From an uncultured Dehalococcoidales bacterium (GTDB lineage: Bacteria > Chloroflexota > Dehalococcoidia > GIF9 > AB-539-J10): a stretch of 42,195 nucleotides of DNA. Location of the stretch: contig CAZKHH010000004.1 in assembly GCA_964552485.1 (NCBI GenBank), positions 1 to 42,195 on the forward strand, read 5' to 3'. The notes below the pieces were generated by a model. It searched no databases. It was not told the DNA's origin and saw only the letters and a program-made list of their open reading frames with translations. Made by a program: the position numbers and the translations under genes. Positions 39,355-42,195 of the stretch are shown here, in pieces. Numbering within the stretch: position 1 is the stretch's first letter; each line of letters opens with the position of its first letter.

Positions 39355-40548
39355 ATGTCTTCGCGACAGGGAGCACCGGACAGTCATCCTGACACACCTG
39401 GTACTGGCTATGGGCGCAGCCGGGCCCTGTTCGTCGTTGCGACATTCTTTTACTGGGCTGCCCTCTATCTGTACGTCCCGGTTCTTCCCGTGTACGCCGA
39501 GTCGGTGGTGAAGTCGCTGTCTATGGTCGGCATCATCATCTCTTCGTACGCACTGCCGCAACTGCTCTTCCGCATTCCGATAGGTCTGCATTTCGACCGT
39601 AGCCGCAGACGGAAGCCGCTGGTCATGATGGGGCTCATTCTCGTAAGTGCCGGTGCGGCTGGCCTGGCCTTCGCGGGAAACGGATGGACGCTTGCAGCCG
39701 CGCGCGCTGTTACCGGAGCGGGAGCGGCCGCATGGGTGGCGTTTACAGTGTTCTTCACGGGATACTATGGTTCTGAGCATGCCGCCAGGGCAATAGGAGT
39801 TATCAATTCCGTCAATCAGATAGCCCAGGTAGCTGCTACCGGCTCTGGAGGGATGATTGTTGACGCAGCGGGGTATCGCGCAGTCTTCCTGACTGCCGCT
39901 CTGCTCGGACTCCTCGGGGTTGTCGCGCTCGGGTTCGCACGTGAACCACGGGGACAGGCCCGCCCCGCGAGTGCGGAGAGCTTCAGGCGTGTGGCTTCAA
40001 ACCCGCTACTGCTCGTTGCGGCCGGCATGGCCGTGCTGCTTCAGTTTGCCAATTTCGCGAGCGTCTTCGGATTTGTGCCCGTGTATGGCGCTCGCATCGG
40101 AGCTTCGGGAAGCGAGCTGGGCGTGATTACGATGTTGACCCTGGGCTCTTCAGCAGTTGCGGCGTACATGTGCGTACGAATTGCGGAGCGATTGAGCTAC
40201 TCCCGTACCATCGTTCTCGGAGCCTTAATTCTCGCCGCATCCCTTCTTGCAGTTCCGGCGACTTCAACGCCAGTAGAACTCGCGGCCGTTCAACTTGTGA
40301 GCGGCTTTGGTCGAGGCAGCCTTGCCACTCTGCTGATGGCGCTCAGCATCCGCTCAGCCCCGCCCGGCACCCGGGCCACCGCCATGGGCGTGTTTCAAGC
40401 GGTATATGCGGCAGGCATGCTGGCCGGGCCTGCGGTCTCAGGAGTGATAGCCGAAAGCCTGAACCTGGCGGCTGTGTTCCATGTAAGCGCAGTTCTATGC
40501 CTGCTCTTGGCGATAGCAGCGTTTCATCCGGTCCTCCGGCGTATCTGA
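39355..40548 (+). CDS. MFS transporter
   Basis: About 12 hydrophobic segments, a motif-A-like GLHFDRSRRRK and RATAMGVFQ. Confidence 0.88.
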   Translation: MSSRQGAPDSHPDTPGTGYGRSRALFVVATFFYWAALYLYVPVLPVYAESVVKSLSMVGIIISSYALPQLLFRIPIGLHFDRSRRRKPLVMMGLILVSAGAAGLAFAGNGWTLAAARAVTGAGAAAWVAFTVFFTGYYGSEHAARAIGVINSVNQIAQVAATGSGGMIVDAAGYRAVFLTAALLGLLGVVALGFAREPRGQARPASAESFRRVASNPLLLVAAGMAVLLQFANFASVFGFVPVYGARIGASGSELGVITMLTLGSSAVAAYMCVRIAERLSYSRTIVLGALILAASLLAVPATSTPVELAAVQLVSGFGRGSLATLLMALSIRSAPPGTRATAMGVFQAVYAAGMLAGPAVSGVIAESLNLAAVFHVSAVLCLLLAIAAFHPVLRRI

Positions 40549-40557
40549 CAACCAGGT

Positions 40558-40908
40558 CTATCGTGCGCCGAATTCGTCGCATGCGGCGATAGTCTCCGTC
40601 AGATAGGAGAACGACGGCCCACCGCCCATGGAGACGGCTACGAATCCAGCCTCAAGAATCTCATCCCTCGTGGCTCCGCTGTCCACAGCCTTCTTGACGT
40701 GAGATGCGATGCAGTAGCTACAGCGGGCCGCGATGGATAATGCCACACAGATCAGCTCCTTCTGCTTCGAGTCGAGAACTCCTGCCTTCTTGGACTGCCG
40801 ACTCAGTTGCGTCCATGCCTCGAGGAAGCCGGGGTCCTTGTTGCCGACCTCTTCTTTCATGGTTTCGAGCTGGTCGAGCAACTGCTTGTAGTCGCCTGAA
40901 TCCGCCAT
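40558..40908 (-). CDS. Carboxymuconolactone decarboxylase / AhpD family protein
   Basis: GVLDSKQKELI, CSYCIASH (CxxC), GATRDEILE and MGGGP; GAGGAGG SD. Confidence 0.9.
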   Translation of the reverse strand: MADSGDYKQLLDQLETMKEEVGNKDPGFLEAWTQLSRQSKKAGVLDSKQKELICVALSIAARCSYCIASHVKKAVDSGATRDEILEAGFVAVSMGGGPSFSYLTETIAACDEFGAR

Positions 40909-40986
40909 GATTGCGCCTCCTCTCGTGTTTCTGTCTGTGGAAGATTATACACAGGAAGCACCGCCGGAATGAGTATTCCCGTATGT

Positions 40987-42195
40987 CTATCCTGCTATCA
41001 GGTAGATGATAAGCGCAACGGCGACAACGGCAACAAGGGGCGGAATCATGATTCTGTATACGTCAGGCAGGCGTGCGTTGAAGAACTCGGCCGATAGAAT
41101 CAGGCAGAGGTGCAGTGGAGAGGCCATGTATCCCAGTCCGCCACCTATGTAGGCGAGGAACAATGCGAAGCTGTTCAATTCGCCGCCGCTCATCATGAAC
41201 GGGAGAAGGAGGGTGAAGGAGATGCCGACGAAGGCGACAGAGAGGCCGGTGGCGAAGCCTATGAGCAGGGGCAGTATCACGAGTATGACCCATGTAGGCA
41301 TCCCAACCGCCTGCATGTCTGAGAACAGCGCGTATGCAGCCCCGGACTCTTCTACCATGCCCTTGTACAGCATCACCGAGTACAATAGGAAGAGCACTTT
41401 GACTCCGAACCCGTATTTGAGGGCTTCCAGAATCTCACTCCGCGGCGCCCGCTGCTGGATTGCGAGGAGCACGCCGGCAATCACAAACGCAAGCGCTGCT
41501 TCCACGCCTGCGAGTACCATGATGACGAGGATTATTACAGGCCATGCCGCATGAGCGAGCTCTGTGATGAGTCTCGGGAACGGGAGTCCCCGCGGGCTTT
41601 CGGAGGAGGAGCTGCCGCGCAGCATACTGTAGCTCACGATGCCGCCGATAAGGATGAATAGCGGTATGGAGGGAAGCATTGTCAGAACTACCAGCGAGAG
41701 AGGGACTGACAGCACCACGCTTGCAGCGATAACCCCTGGGTAGACAGGCACTGCGAGTTCCCACGTGTGGCGGAACCAGAAGTTTATGTACGTCGCCTGA
41801 GCGGGCGTGATGCCCAATCGGCGCACGAGGTCCTTCACCGCCGTTGCCGACACAAGCGCTCCACCGGGCATTGGGACCATCCCTATCACAGACGGTACGA
41901 CGTGCATCGCAAGCCTCGGACCGATGGTCTCGAGGGTGTGAGCGAGCCTGACGAGCAGGCCGCGCAATTCCATCAGCTTGCTGAGTGTGAGGGCCGCGAT
42001 GATGATGCCTATGAGACGTATGGTTTCAAGCGAGGTGACCGTCTCGAACATGATCAGCGGGGTCTCGCGTGCAGGGAGGACAAGGAGTGACAGTACCAGG
42101 CTGCCTATGAACACAGCCGGTCCTGGATGGACTTTAAACCTGAGAAGGATGAGGATGGAGGTGATGGACAGGAGAAGAACGATCGATGGATTCAC
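40987..42195 (-). CDS. DUF401-family (IT superfamily-like) multi-pass membrane protein; start lies at the window edge
   Basis: Highly hydrophobic, with GMVPMPGGALVSA, INFWFRHTWE...YPG and GYMASPLHLCL. Confidence 0.8.
   Translation of the reverse strand: MNPSIVLLLSITSILILLRFKVHPGPAVFIGSLVLSLLVLPARETPLIMFETVTSLETIRLIGIIIAALTLSKLMELRGLLVRLAHTLETIGPRLAMHVVPSVIGMVPMPGGALVSATAVKDLVRRLGITPAQATYINFWFRHTWELAVPVYPGVIAASVVLSVPLSLVVLTMLPSIPLFILIGGIVSYSMLRGSSSSESPRGLPFPRLITELAHAAWPVIILVIMVLAGVEAALAFVIAGVLLAIQQRAPRSEILEALKYGFGVKVLFLLYSVMLYKGMVEESGAAYALFSDMQAVGMPTWVILVILPLLIGFATGLSVAFVGISFTLLLPFMMSGGELNSFALFLAYIGGGLGYMASPLHLCLILSAEFFNARLPDVYRIMIPPLVAVVAVALIIYLIAG

Noticed and set aside
38653-39780. 375-aa version of the HD protein, and other N-terminally extended ORF calls (hisS from 29829, SSS from 3072, etfB from 15043, iorB from 29377, ATPase from 20101)
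   Set aside because: Most extensions overlap neighbouring genes. Downstream starts match the family N-termini and in most cases have an SD.

Overview
About 58-60% GC (estimated by eye) bacterial chromosomal segment with the gene content of an anaerobic Chloroflexota (Dehalococcoidia-like) organism. It appears to include the replication origin region. Core genes: miaB (5'-truncated), yajC, dtd, a B12-type radical SAM gene, gyrA, lysC, an apgM-like gene, tRNA-Pro(CGG), glyQS, hisS, gyrB, nadD, a candidate oriC, dnaA and fmt. Accessory blocks sit between them: (i) an SSS symporter with a small partner protein; (ii) a divergent AbfD/HpaB-family enzyme, an atypical acyl-CoA dehydrogenase and a bifurcating-type EtfBA; (iii) a four-gene operon of cstA, a small membrane protein, a single-domain ArsA/Get3 ATPase and a membrane-anchored protein resembling eukaryotic CCDC47/DUF1682, which is the best candidate for an undescribed system; (iv) a MOFRL kinase, split UxaA/SuyAB dehydratase and LarA-family racemase, then an MhpD-family hydratase and IorAB; (v) an OYE-family oxidoreductase, HD protein, MFS, CMD/AhpD and DUF401-like genes. 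No transposase, integrase, CRISPR array or rRNA was seen. All family calls come from motif recognition by eye; no database searches were run.
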